From Octopus vulgaris (lineage: Eukaryota): a DNA stretch of 64,000 bases. The DNA lies in NCBI GenBank assembly GCA_951406725.2, contig OX597815.1:80476001-80540000 (forward strand), written 5' to 3'. Position numbers and translations under genes: made by a program. Every line of letters begins with the position of its first letter. Within the stretch, counting starts at the first letter, position 1. Shown piece after piece: positions 24,917 to 38,814 of this stretch. Below the pieces are notes generated by a model. That model saw only the letters and a list, made by a program, of their open reading frames with translations. It was not told the DNA's origin and did no database searches.

Positions 24917-27270
24917 TCATCATCATCATTGTTCGACCGTGGTCGAGACAATAGAATTTACCATGCTACGCCAGACTTCACAGTCCATCATGGCATTACG
25001 GAGGTCCTGTTGCTGGATGCCTGTATCCCTGGAGATTACATCAGAGTAGGAGAGTGTGCGCCCTCTGTTATTGCGAGTAGATGGCTTCCAGAGGAGAAGA
25101 GTAGAAATTACCTCTTTTTCAGTTCTACAACAATGTCCAGCAAACTGGACTCTCCTACCTTTCACAAGAGATGACACAGGTGGCAGTTTCCCATATATTT
25201 GCATTTTGGTTGGATGGCGCCTCCACGAGAGATTTTGAGCTCTCATAAGGAGGCGAGTGTAGGTTCCATCCAACCGCCTCTCAAGCTTCTTTGGTAACGT
25301 CCAGGTTTCTGAGCCATATAGTAGAATTGGTTCGACTGTGGCTTTGAAGATTTCAAGTTTGAAGTCTCTACTTAGATTTGATGACCAAATCTTATGCATG
25401 TCATTACAGGCTAACCAGGCCATACCCTTTCTAGTTAGGAAGAGTTTTCCAGATGATGATATGTATGACCCGAGATATTTGTAATCAGAAACCATATTTA
25501 AGGGCGCATTGTTGAGAGTATGGACGATGCAATCACTGTTGGACAGGCACTTGTTTATATATTCAGTCTTGGCCTCATTGAGGTAAAGACCTACACAATT
25601 TGAGGCTTGTTCGAGAGATTGTAAAAGAGACTGGGCATTGGAGAGAGAATCACTGATAAGAGCGATGTCGTCAGCAAAGTCAGTGTCTGTCAAGTATTCA
25701 GCTGGGTGTCTGGAACTTCTTCTTGGTTTTATTTCAAAGCCCTTGCCAGAGATGGTATCAACTGACATACGTAACACATAATCAACAACAATGATGAAAA
25801 GAAATGGGGGCGAGTGTGTCTCCCTGCAGTATTCCGACTTTGATTGAGAAAGATGATGTTTCTCCGTCAGGGGTTAGGATGGTTGAAGACGTATCTGTGT
25901 AGAGGACCTTGATGGCAGAAAGGATTTTGTTTGGTATCCCATAGAGCTTAAGGATTTCAAACATCTTGTACCTGTCTGCAGAGTCGAACGCTTTAGAAAA
26001 GTCTACAAATACCATTGCAAGATTGCGATTAAATGCTTTTGGTTCTTCAATAAGACTGTGTGGGCATAGTTTCTGGCTCAGCGTTGAGCGCCCATGTCTG
26101 AATCCATTTTGGTTCTTTCGAAGCAAAGGTTCAACAAAAAGGACAAGACGATTTAGAATCAGTTTGTTGTACAGTTTTGCAGCAATTGACATTAGAGATA
26201 TACCCCTGTAGTTGGTGACGAGGGATAAATCGCCTTTTTTGGGTATTGGGATGATTTGAGACTGGTGCCAAATCTTAGGAGCGACAAAGGTGGAAAGTGT
26301 GTGGTTGCAAAGGTTGAGCAGAAATGTGTGAAATCTATCATCCTTCCAAATTATAGCTGGGATGTTGTCGGGACCAAATGCTTTCGAGGCTTTTAGTTGC
26401 TTGGTGGCTGCTGTTAGTTCAGATATGGTAAAAGGGGAGGTGTTGATGTCCAGCGTGTCTGATATAGGCACACTTGGAAGAGTGGGGTTATCAGGGATTT
26501 TGGCATTCTTCCCAAGAAGGTTTTTAAAATGAGTTGACCAATTTTCTAAACACTTCTTAGCTGATCCCCCTTTAATTCTAATTAATGACCCAGATTTTTT
26601 GCCTGATAGGTCTTTGATGGATTTCCAGGCGAGATGGTGTTTTTTACTAATGTGCTCTTTGGATAGTTTGCTAATTTTGCCATTGATAAAGTCGACCTCG
26701 GCGTTCAAGTAAGCCTCATCAAGATTCTTCTTGGTAGCTATGAGTTGGATCTTCAGTGACTGGGATGGAGAACGGTGGTAAGCTAGTGATATAGGCTTTA
26801 GATGGCTTCTGGCTTCGATGACATTTGGGAAATTAGAAAGTTTGCTCTGGCCCCTACTCTTCTTTTTGGGAAGAGTAGCCAGTGCAACTTCCTCTGTTGA
26901 TTTGATGAGGCTGCTGTATACTTCTTCAATGTTCTCAGCATCTATTTCAGAAGTAGACAAAGATTGAAATGTGTTATAGACCTCAATAGTTAATTGTTTG
27001 GACATATCGGGGTTAGATAAGACTTCCTTCCAGTCGATCGTTTTCATCGGGTGAGGCTTAGCTTTTTTTTGATGAGCGAAGACTAAGCTTAACGGTAGCT
27101 GATACAATTCTGTGGTCAGAGCCGACAGAACTAAAGGAAGAGTAGGATCTCGAGTTTTTAACACTATTGCGCCACTTCTTTCGAAAGATGAGGTAGTCAA
27201 TTTGTACCCTATCACCAAGTGGGGACTCGAATGTCCAAAGTTGACCTTTTGGTTTCATAAAATAATTGTT
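24917..27270 (-). mobile_element. RTE-group LINE, 5'-truncated within the APE domain; RT nearly intact (two frameshifts)
   Basis: APE end QIDYLIFRKKW...SDHRIV; RT motifs PIPKKGDL..NYRGISL, QNGFR, FVDFSKAFDS, GILQGDTLAP, DFADDIAL and YKYLGS; LLYGSETWTL; (ATG)n tail after the stop at 24926. Confidence 0.93.
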
Positions 27271-27285
27271 ATTATATATATATAT

Positions 27286-27370
27286 ACGATGGGCTGCTTT
27301 CAGATTCCGTCTACCAAATCCACTCACAAAGCTTTGGTCGGCCCATGTATTTACAACTTTACTGGGCTTA
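27286..27370 (-). mobile_element. SINE family B fragment
   Basis: TTCCGTCTACCAAATCCACTCACAAAGCTTTGGTCGGCCC, matching 51559-51696. Confidence 0.7.
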
Positions 27371-27499
27371 GGATATTCATTACTCACTTTTTAAAGCCCC
27401 AGTTTTCCTTTTTTACCCTTCCTGATTTCAATAAGCTTAGAATCTGAGAATATCGTCGCATTTTCTAGCTACTAGCTCTATACAACACTACATTTCAAT

Positions 27500-28130
27500 A
27501 AGCAGCGTGCCTCCTATATTTGCTTTATTAACGAAGTTTCCCCTTCATTAATGCACATTGAACTCAGCTGATAGCTGGATCAGTCCCACAATTCACAGTA
27601 TGTGTTGGCCATAACTCCACAAGTCATCTAATTTATGGCACTGGACGAATGCATGCAGAACAGCTTCGTTGCACTGTGCGCATCTCGGGCGAGCTCGGAT
27701 ATCAGTAATTCCGTGCCTATAGAGTTTATCCCGTACTAGCTATGCCCACCTGTAACACTGTCGGTCCAGGGATTTATCCATGTTCCCCGACCCGAAAGTA
27801 CGCCACAGAGCAGCTAGTATGTTTCCGTCGACGCTTAGAATCTCCCCGAGAATATCGTCGCATTTTCTAGCTACTAACTCTCTATAGAACACCAAATTGG
27901 AACCGCCATTAATCAAATTGTCCAACAGGCAGAAGGATGTGAACGCTTGAGGACACTCTATTTGTCAGACGTCCTGTCAGACTGCAACTTTGTCAAAGAG
28001 ACGAGCTACCAAAAACCGAGTCTCACAAACGGTGACCATGCCTGCCCACCGTCTAGGAAATTCTGGTGATGTCGCAACCCCAGCGCAGATCTGCGCATCC
28101 TTAACCACGGCATGCTCCATTCTTCACTTA
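27500..28130 (-). mobile_element. second, older L1/Tx1 LINE remnant
   Basis: CDDILGEIL...QCYRWA*LVRDKLYRHG...RPRCAQCNEAVLHAFVQC, homologous to ORF 16967-17338. Confidence 0.75.
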
Positions 28131-28571
28131 GAAAGGTGTTGACAAAATAACATAGCACCTGATGAGTGGAATGCTTTACCTCCACAGAAATGTTACAGAA
28201 TTCCTGAGCTTGCTCCTCTTAAATCATGATAATGATTATAGTACGATTTCTAGATTTGGCACATTGTTAGTAGTCATAAAACTGTGCCTGAGTCTTCACA
28301 ATTTCCTTCTCCTGGTGGCATACGTATTGGTTTTATTTTTTAATTTTTTAATTATAGAAGCGTTAATTTTATATTACTTAAATCCTCATCAAAATCTAAA
28401 TATATCTATCAAAATATTAACATATTTACTATATATAACTTTTTTAGATTTACTTATAGATGTGTGTATTTGTGTGTATGTGTGTGTATGAATATGTGTG
28501 TACATGCACGCGTGCATCTCTCCTGTGTACATATGCATTACCTGTGTTTATATGTAAGGCATAGATCCATA

Positions 28572-28606
<35 letters not shown>

Positions 28607-28640
28607 GAAGAAAGAGAAGAAAGAAAGAGATGGTGGGTTT

Positions 28641-28681
<41 letters not shown>

Positions 28682-30740
28682 CATATTGAAAGAGAGAAAC
28701 ACGTTTTGGAGTCAAATGTTTGTTTGCTAAGAAAGATCAGCTTTTTCGACCAGTATTCAAAATACAAACGTTCCTGTCAAATGCTTAATTAGGACGCCAT
28801 TAAATACTCAAAATTTCTCAATATCTGTTGTCTTCTCCGCCTACATGAGCTGCCATAACTTCTGGAGTGTCCATGTAAACCAAACCCCAACAACGATTAG
28901 TCAATCTCTGCTAAAAAATAAACCACAGGTTTTGAAAATTGGTTTTCTCGAGACCAATGCTAATTACAGTATTACCATATAAACAATATTGAACATCACA
29001 CAATTCGTAATTGTTCACACTCATATAACTGATTCAACCGAGGATCACTTTATGTGGTCATTTAAGCAGCTGTAATAAGAAGTTAAGTCTTTTATAATCC
29101 ACACCTGACGTTTTAGTAAAAAAAAAAGGAGAGACAGTGATTAATGCATGAAAAAATATGTATGAAAAAAAAAATAGGATGGTACGATCAGTTGTAACAC
29201 TTTTGATCATAAGCCTATTCAATCAGGTTTGACGTGATACTAAACAACAAAAACAACACCGACAACAATATCATGCAATTTGCATGGGAAATTGAGCATC
29301 GGGTTCCTCAAAAACACACTGAAAGGTATCATGTCCAGTGGATAAATAGAGTTGTTTTCGGATCGTTCTCTCTGTTGACTGTTACAACCACTACGACTAT
29401 ACACAGCAATAACAACAAATACAAAAACGAGAGCTACAACACCAACAACAAAACAAAATTAACATGACTCCTCAAACTATAACGCCCACGGTGATTTTTT
29501 TTCTCAGAAAAGCAATAAAGAAACAGATTAACTTTGTTAACGTGAGAATGTGAGAAAAAGCGTTCAAATGAAATGACAATACGCTATCTGAAACGTAGCA
29601 TTGCGTGAGAGAACTGTCAATGAACCATGATAAGTAATAAGAAAAGAAACGGAAGCTTCATCAGATAAATTAAGTCCCATAATGTAGTTACTACCTGAAA
29701 CACTAATCAGGAAGCCCAGCAATTTTCCCACCAAACACAAAGGATCAAAATCGTCACCGGTATATCGATCGTTGGCTCGAAAATAAATTACCTCCTTCTA
29801 TCCACCTATTCGTAATCTTCATTGGATAAGTTAGAGGATCACTGAAGCGTTCGTTTTCGTATAATATAGTAGTTTATGAACCAGTCATATGGAAGATGTC
29901 CCTCTCAACACTTTTGACTAAATCCCGACTCATAAATACAAGTCGGAAGTGAAATAAAATGCTCCTATATAGGTTCAAAACAAAGTCAGGTAAACCGTCT
30001 AGAATGACCATTTCAGTCTACAGCTAGTCAAGTCTTTTTCGAAAAGCGAAGGTACTAGAGAGTCTCTAGGTGATTGTTAGATATGCCTGAAATATCAGAT
30101 CCTGTCTTCTTAAATCATACCATGTCGTCTTGGAAAAAATGAATATAATAAATAAAAAAGATAAAAAAGAAGCCCTCATCGAATAACATAAGTTGCAGTT
30201 ACGTTTCTCTTTGAAAAAAAAAAGAAGGTTGCTCAAAGCTTTAACACTTCTGGTTATAAATCTTCTTGATCAGGGATGACCGGAGATTAAACAGAGGTTT
30301 CTGAACTAGGCACAAAGCCAGCAATTTAAAGGAAAAGGATGTAGTCGATATTTTTGATTACAGTGCTTCATTGCTATTTTATTTCATCAAACCCCGAGGG
30401 ATGAAAGACAAATTTGACCGCACCAGAAATCGAACACAGAACGTAAAAAGTCTGAACAAATCCTGAAAGGCACTTTTGTCGACGCTCTACCGAATTTTCT
30501 TGTTTTCCGCCCAAATCTAAGGATAAATTACAAGAAGAAGCAGGTAACCGTCTTCGTTTAGTAACTTACGGATTAGTATGTTTGCTAATACTAACACGAG
30601 TCATAAAAGCTCAGATATAATAATCATTATTTAATCGTGAACTTAGTTTACAACACAATTAAATTAAATCAATCGTGCGTATGTGTGTGTCTTTTTGTGT
30701 GTGAGTTGTATACTTGATGATGGATAAGAAAGAGTGAGAG

Positions 30741-30785
<45 letters not shown>

Positions 30786-31656
30786 GTAGGGAAAAACTGG
30801 GTTGTCTGTGTGCATGCTGTTCATGAAGGATCACATGATAACGGTTTAGTCTGTCGGTAAACTCATTATCAAATCAACAATTGACTGCGTTGATCTGAAA
30901 ATGTCTCCAGCTTCTATGCGTTACTCGACATTCAAGAAAAATAGCTCAATATGCCACAAACCAAACTTTTCCGCATGCAAAAGAAAAACAATGAAAAAGT
31001 AGAAAGAAGCATTGAATAATTTAGTCCTAGATACGTTGTGTTTGAAAATATGAGGACAAGGTTATGGCTGGAATGCCTTTGATCACAGCTCTACTCGATC
31101 ACACTCTGCTCTAGGGGCTCGGCAACATTACGTTGCTTCTGTACAAGCAGCATCGTGATTCAGTGGTCTGTTCACATGATATCATTAGAATCAATTATAA
31201 AACGAAACTTAACCAACACGAAAGGTCTTGCCCGAACCGTTAAAAGCCTCCACCCCGTCGTCACAGACCAATTTATTTCACTTCTAAACTGTATATGCTG
31301 TATATTTGGTTTCGAGAAACAACCATATTTGGAAATTAGTGTTTTCTTATTTGAAATTAGTGCAGCATTTAGCAGTATTGGATTTCATTAAAGAAAGAAA
31401 CATTTTGTTAAAATTTGAAATATAAGTAAACAACGTTTACTGAAAATCTTATGTTATTAATCAACGAAAAGGGATTAATCTTTTTCTTTAATTTGAAAGG
31501 AAATAATTAATTAAGAATAAGCACAGGCAAGGGTCACTCTCGGGATACGTATATAAATATATATATGCGAATGTGTGTGTGTGTGTATATGTATGTATGT
31601 GGTTATATATATAGCTTTTGTTTAAAAATATATTCTAATGTATGTATATAAATATG

Positions 31657-31702
<46 letters not shown>

Positions 31703-31750
31703 ACATAATATATATACAAGTTTGTACATGATTACATGAGTACACACACG

Positions 31751-31809
<59 letters not shown>

Positions 31810-32781
31810 TCAAACATTCATACATATGCATGTATATTTATGAGTAGGTTTGTGCATAAATGAGTTTATTTGGCTTTCTCACATATACACAAATATTTAT
31901 GTACAAACATACACACTGACGCACTCACACAAACACACATACACACGCACACACATTTATACTCATATACCAATTAGACATACACAAGTCTCATATGCAT
32001 GTGTGTGTGTTTTATATTACATAAGATTTCTTGTGCTTGATGGAGATTTTTCTTTCGTGGTTCAGTTGAAATATTTTTATAACTAAATGGCGATGCTGCT
32101 GTGTTTTCCGGCTATTTGATATAGTGTAAAGAAATAATGTTTTTTAAAAAATTATTTTGTTTTTCTAAAATTTTAGAGTTTGGACATGAGTAACCTTTTT
32201 GAAAATGATGTGGCTGTATGGCGTATCTGATAATTGTTAGAGTATTTGCAGTTTTTAAGTGGATACAAAATTCTACTCTGAATTTGAGACAGATCAAGAC
32301 ACTACCAAATCAAGTACTGAGGGAGTGGTCAGGAATCATAAGATGCTTACATTTTCTGGTTGTAATTACATTCCATGAGAGAGAGTATGTCTTCTTAAAA
32401 GCAGGATTTAGCTTCCTTCTTGAGACTTGCTTCGATATTGTACACAAAATGTTGCACAAAGATCGCATAATTTGTTGAGCCTTCGTAATCGTTACACATA
32501 GATAATATATGTGTTGATATATCTATATATATATTCTTTCATTCTTTTACTTCTTTTAGTCATCTGACTGCGACCATGCTGGAGCACCACCTTAAAGGGG
32601 TTTTTAAGTCGAAAAATCGACCCCGAGACTTATTCTTTCTAAGCCTGGTACTTATCCTATAGGCCTCTTTTTGCCAAACCGCTAGGTTACGGGGACGTAA
32701 ACACACCAACATCGGTTGTCAAGCGATGGTAGGGGGACAAACAAAGAGACACACACACACAAATATACATATATGTCTATG

Positions 32782-32830
<49 letters not shown>

Positions 32831-32835
<5 letters not shown>

Positions 32836-33171
32836 CAAAAAAGGACGAAGACAGGTGGTGTAGACAACAAACAGATGTATTAGTATAACGGTTGGGAAGT
32901 GAACGCTCTTCCACAGAAGGGAACACGGAAAGAAACAAGGAAAGAAAACATAAAGAATGTGTAGTGGCTACCATATATATATATAGAGAGAGAGAGATCG
33001 TTAGCCACTACACACATTTTTTTTCTCTCCTTGTTTTTTTCTGTGTCCCTCTCTGTAGAAGAGCGTTGGCTCGAAACGTAAAAGACTTTTTCTATTCCTG
33101 AGCGTTATACTAATACATCTGTTTGTTTTCTACACCACCTGTCTTCGTCTTTTAGTTTTTTCGTAAACTCT

Positions 33172-33174
<3 letters not shown>
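32831..33174. repeat. inverted pair of PLE-pLTR-like repeats
   Basis: 32831-32971 is the reverse complement (with a deletion) of 33000-33174; the spacer is (TA)n(GA)n. Confidence 0.8.
33049..33085 (+). ncRNA. minimal hammerhead-like motif with CUGUAGA core
   Basis: CTCT-CTGTAGA-A-GAGC-gttg-GCTC-GAAA-CG-TA-AAAGA. Confidence 0.55.
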
Positions 33175-33263
<89 letters not shown>

Positions 33264-33382
33264 ATATACAACGGGCTTCTTTCACTTTCCCTCGACCAAA
33301 TCCACTCACAAGACATTGGTCGACCCGAGGGTATAGTGGAAGACATTTGCCCAAGCTTATTACCACACAGCCATGCCTGTGC

Positions 33383-33446
<64 letters not shown>

Positions 33447-33851
33447 AAACGTACATGCATTTATCCATATATATACAGAAAACAGTCGGAAAGATATGAT
33501 ATCAATGTAATGGAGAAATCCTCAGAATGTCCCTAGAATTCTGTTGTGTTATAATAGAAATATATCTTCCAGACATTTGCATTTGAACATGGGAGGGAAC
33601 ATAAGTGGGTACCATTGGTCAGAGACTAAGAGTGGTTTCGCTAGCATCAACGATCTTTGTTCCTTCTCTCAAGAGTCTAAAGGCCAGCATTACGAATGGT
33701 CTATTATTCACTTCAAAGAGAAAAGAAAAATTTGTAAAAAGAAATGTAAAAAAGAGCAAACGCTAAAACAAAAAAAATGTAACTGTCTGGATCAAAAGCT
33801 ACGCTCATATATGATTCGCAGAATACGAATACAAGTGTGTGTGAGTGTGTA

Positions 33852-33927
<76 letters not shown>

Positions 33928-33964
33928 GTGTGTAGTGTACGTGTGTGTGTGCACGTGTGTGTGT

Positions 33965-34000
<36 letters not shown>

Positions 34001-34506
34001 GATTATATATATATATTCATAATCAAGTTGACCTTTGAGGAGGATCAAATCACCATTAGCAAGCTTCTCGGAAAATAACACTCCCTCATTCTAAAATCAC
34101 CATCATTGACAACTTTTTCTTTTTTATCTCTATGTTTTACAGAGGACGGGAAATACTCTAGTAATTCTGCATCCCCACCCATTCTTTCTCTTTGTCTCTC
34201 TTTCTTTCTCTCTCTTTTTCAAAGATGGACGGATCGACATCTGTTCATGTTAAATTAATGCATATCATGTTTAATTTCAAGTGGTCCTACTTTTAACATG
34301 TGCTATAAAAAGATTTCTTTTTAAAAAATCAAATAAATCCCACCGTTATACAGGTTCAAATGTACGTAAAGGTTAACAAACTAACAAGCTGAACAGGCGT
34401 ATCCATTACACTGGCATATTAACGGTAACCAAAGTAACACCAGTGTACAATTTTATTTACACAATGGTGAGCTAAAGAGATTTTTTTTTCAAATAGCAAT
34501 GAATTC

Positions 34507-34769
34507 TTTTTAACAAGCAGTGCTGAAGCCTCTAAGTGATTTCTCGACTTGCTCGAAATAGCAGCCAATTCGCCCCAAATCATACAGTGCTGCACTAAAA
34601 AGGGAGGGGTGCTTTGGAAAATATAGTCCTTATAATGAATTATTTTTAACAAGCAGTGCTGTAGCCTCTAAATGATCTCTCAGCGTGCTCGAAATAGCTG
34701 CCAATTCGATCCAAATCATACAGCGATGCATTGAGAAGGGCGGGGTGCATTAGAAAATATAGTCCTTAT
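34507..34769 (+). repeat. tandem duplication (~137-bp unit) of a dispersed repeat family
   Basis: TTTTAACAAGCAGTGCTG...GCTCGAAATAGC.GCCAATTCG...GAAAATATAGTCCTTATA occurs twice; related pieces at ~29040, 30050, 30900, 31160, 55700-56100 and 60610. Confidence 0.8.
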
Positions 34770-35023
34770 ATACGACACCACCACAAAAGACAAACAAAAA
34801 AAGGGGAAGGGATTTTTAGTTGTGGTGTTAAGCAACAATACCTATAGCAACAACAACAACGACGACGACAACTTCAGCAAAGATTCTAGCGAGAAGTTTT
34901 AAAAGTTCAAAACAGCATTATTAATTCATTACAAGGCGGCGAATTGGCAGAACCTTTAGTACGTCGAACAAAATGCTTAACGGCATATCGTTCGTCTTTA
35001 CGTCCTGAGTTCAAATGTTGCCG

Positions 35024-35218
35024 ACATGGCAGTGAGCTGGTATGACATGGGCATACAAAAACTGCCACAACACCTACAAAAATGCATCGACCGAATTGGT
35101 GATTATGTAGGGAAATAGATAAATGTTCAAACTTCAAAATGATGTAAACATCGTTGACAATAAACGTTTCTGTGATTTCTAAATATTTTTGGAGACCTTA
35201 CTTTTGGGGTTACCCTCG
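35024..35218 (+). mobile_element. mariner 3' fragment with right TIR
   Basis: AVSWYDMGIQKLPQHLQKCIDRIGDYVGK* (stop at 35116-35118), then ...CCTTACTTTTGGGGTTACCCTCG followed by TA. Confidence 0.85.
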
Positions 35219-36148
35219 TAGAAGACCGACGTTTGGGGAAGACAGAAGTCGACGTAGTGGTTAGTGCAAGGACTTAGTTGCTGTGACTAATAATATTAAT
35301 GATGGTTTCAAAATTTGGCACAAGGGCAACAGGTTCGCAGTGAGCCGATTACATCGACCCCCCCCTCAGTGCTCAGCTGGTACTTGCTTTATTTTACACC
35401 ATTGTGAGGTTCATCTCAGCTTTGTAGAATTCCAGTAATTGTTGAAGGCTGATGTAGCTTCTGACGCTGAAAAGAAACACCACTTTTTGATCCTAGCTAT
35501 GTAAAGAATTACAATGAATTAATTATTGTTAAATAAGTCAATTACTCTTTTAGACTGTAATTCAACTAAAGAGAAAATGTATTGTTTTAGTACACGGTTT
35601 AGTCAGCTAATTGGATACAATAGGCAAATGTAAACACAAACTTTAACAATCTCTCTATGGGTAACAAAATAAAAATGAAAATAAAAAGATGAAAATAGGG
35701 GGTGAGCAGGGAGATTGTATCAGCGTCTGTTTACATTTACCGAATGAATCTAATTATACACTCAATGTCGACTCACACGTGTAATATACTACAATAGATT
35801 TACTATATAACACAACCAAAGGATCATTATACAATAATGACTTTGAATAAATGAACGAGTCGGCGTCAACATTACAGCTGACATATTGACCCAACAGAAA
35901 CTCTTGTATCACATCATCATCATCATCATCATCATCAGAAGCAGCAGCAGCAGTCTCACTAAATAATACCAGGAGATGATGATGTATGCATCTGATTCTG
36001 CTTTTGTTACTGTTGTTGAAGTGTGTTTAAAATAGTTGATAATTCGGTGAGGATATCAATGCTATGGGTTTTGGTGACGCAAACATCCGTTATCTCACTA
36101 TTATGGACAATCACTACTACTACAACAACAACAACAACAACAACAACA

Positions 36149-36216
<68 letters not shown>

Positions 36217-36363
36217 TGGTACTTTATTTTATTGTGTTCAACTAGTCCGAAAGGATGAAAGGCAGAGTCGACCTCGGCGGAATTTGAACTCAGAACGTCA
36301 AAGCGAACGAAATGCCGCTAAGCATATCGCCTGGCGTGCTATCAATTCTGCCATCGCGCCAAC

Positions 36364-36411
<48 letters not shown>

Positions 36412-36762
36412 TAATAATAATAATGCAATACCAGGTAGTGGCTCTCATGGCTTCTGAGGAATTTATCTATAATATATGTGACAACTAGTCGGTTGCCATA
36501 ATAATACCAACCGATTAATTGTCACATTATATATAGATATATAATATCAAAAGGTAATTAGAAATATTAGAAATTTCCATTAGCAGTGGCCTAGCGTGTA
36601 AAAATTTAGTCAATAGACTATATATTATTCATATAAATACAGTGTACATTTAAACACAAAAGAGGCATCCATCATAGGACTCCTTGAACAATTAAATTGA
36701 AAACCACTATTAGGGATAAAATTTCGAAGGGAATGAAAAATAAAAATATTTACCATCTAACT

Positions 36763-36832
36763 CCTGGACCAATGGTTTCAGACTATTTTAAGCAAATAAA
36801 ATAATTTGCTAGGCGAAGTCTTCTTCACCAGG
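36763..36832 (-). ncRNA. hammerhead-like motif (C3>G)
   Basis: Minus strand CCTG-GTGAAGA-AGACT...AGCAAAT/ATTTGCT hairpin...AGTCT-GAAA-CCATTG-GTC-CAGG. Confidence 0.55.
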
Positions 36833-36915
36833 TACACCAAGACGCGCTCATAGTTCTCTCTAGCGTGCAAAGAGTCCTATGATTGATGCCTCTTATATGT
36901 TTAAATGTACACTGT

Positions 36916-37001
<86 letters not shown>

Positions 37002-37108
37002 ACATATATATACTACCAAAACAACCATACCAACATCATAACCATTACTGCCACCGATATATTTAATATTTTACCTCTAAAACCACCATAGCCACTAACA
37101 TTATCATA

Positions 37109-37182
<74 letters not shown>

Positions 37183-37594
37183 AATTACTACAACAACCAC
37201 CACTACCACCTTCTCTTTCTACTCTAACGCCACCACCATCACCAACAGTATCACAAACACCACACCTATAAAATGAAGATTATCTCTGTCATCATCTACC
37301 ATAGCACCAAATCTACCCCAGCACCACCACCACCAACAGCAACAAGAAAATCAACAACAACCACCACCGAAACTACCGCCACCGAAACTACCACCACCAC
37401 CACCATCAACATTACCACCATAGCGATGAATGACAGATCAACACTATTAAAGGATGGGAAGACAGATGGTGATATTGGAGTTGGTGATGATGGTGGTGGT
37501 GATGGAGGACGTTGTGATCGTGATGGTAATAACAATGGTGATGCTGGCGGTAAAGATGTTGGTATAGATGAAGAGCTAGCAATAGCGGAAGTAA

Positions 37595-37651
37595 TGAAGA
37601 TGACGACGACGACGACCATGACGATGTTGATGATGATGATGATGGTGATGG

Positions 37652-37698
<47 letters not shown>

Positions 37699-37808
37699 GT
37701 GATGTTGATGATGACGATGATGATGTTGATGATGTTGATGATGATGATGATGATGATGTTGATGATGATGACGATGATGATGATGATGATGATGTTGATG
37801 ATGATGTC

Positions 37809-37855
<47 letters not shown>

Positions 37856-37892
37856 CGACGATGATGATGATGATGATGTTGATGATGATGTC

Positions 37893-37935
<43 letters not shown>

Positions 37936-38030
37936 TTGATGATGATGTCGATGATGATGATGATGATGATGATGATGTTGATGATGATGACGACGATGAT
38001 GATGATGATGATGTTGTTGATGATGATGAT
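37595..38030. repeat. long interrupted (ATG)n/(CAT)n triplet repeat
   Basis: About 430 bp of GAT units with recurrent TTG, ACG and TCG variants. Confidence 0.95.
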
Positions 38031-38711
38031 AACAGAGGATGAGGATGAGGAGGATGGTGATGTTGATATTGTATCTGTTGTTGCTGGATGTGGTTGTAGT
38101 GGTTGTAGTGGAGGTGATGTTACTGTTGCTTAGTGCCAAGCCATCATTGATCAGGCAAGCATAAGAACAAAGTACGTTTTATTTTTTCCTTACGTGAAAA
38201 CGCGTGCCACACATCGAATGTGTTCATTTCAAACACGATAGAATTCGACATGACGTACATTTAGCCGATACTGAGCGACCACGTAGTGGTTCTCCCTTGA
38301 CTCATTTGATGCTTGTATCACTGATGTCGATGGTGATGATGACAGTGGTGATGGTGTTGATATTGATGGTGGCAGCAGTGGCTTCCTAGTGTGGAAGAAC
38401 AACGATGATGGAGGCGCTGGTATTGGCGATTGTGGTGGTCATGATGATTGATGGTAGTGATGTGGTTGGTGGTGGTGCTGTTGATTGTGATGCTGATGCT
38501 TGTGGTGATAGTTGTGACAGCGGTGTTTGTGGTGGTGATGAGAAATGGTGGGGGTGGATGGCGGCATTGTTGATGAAAAGTATTAAAGAGTATTATTCTT
38601 TTTGATCAATGTAAAATGGTTTGTGAACCGGGATTGGCATTAATTCCCAGTCTATATGTGGGTGTGAGTATCCCAATGTATGTATAAATACCAATCATTT
38701 ATTGTAGGTGA

Positions 38712-38747
<36 letters not shown>

Positions 38748-38757
38748 TGTATGTATG

Positions 38758-38814
<57 letters not shown>

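Larger units (their letters stand above)
32543..33385 (-). mobile_element. SINE family B (tRNA-like head at 33270-33385, central microsatellite, tail at 32543-32760) with a nested insertion
   Basis: Head GCACAGGCATGGCTGTGTGGTAA...GGGCAAATGTCTTC; tail ...ACAACCGATGTTGGTGTGTTTACGTCCCCGTAAC...GCAGTCAGATGACT; same layout as 52946-53305. Confidence 0.8.

Noticed and set aside
37273-38139. 286-aa poly-Met ORF and 187-aa poly-His ORF
   Set aside because: Translations of an (ATG)n repeat and flanking low-complexity triplets; no domain or splice support.
38140-38300. Possible mariner N-terminal fragment (FKH...ERPRSGSP)
   Set aside because: Too short and degenerate; no TIR found.
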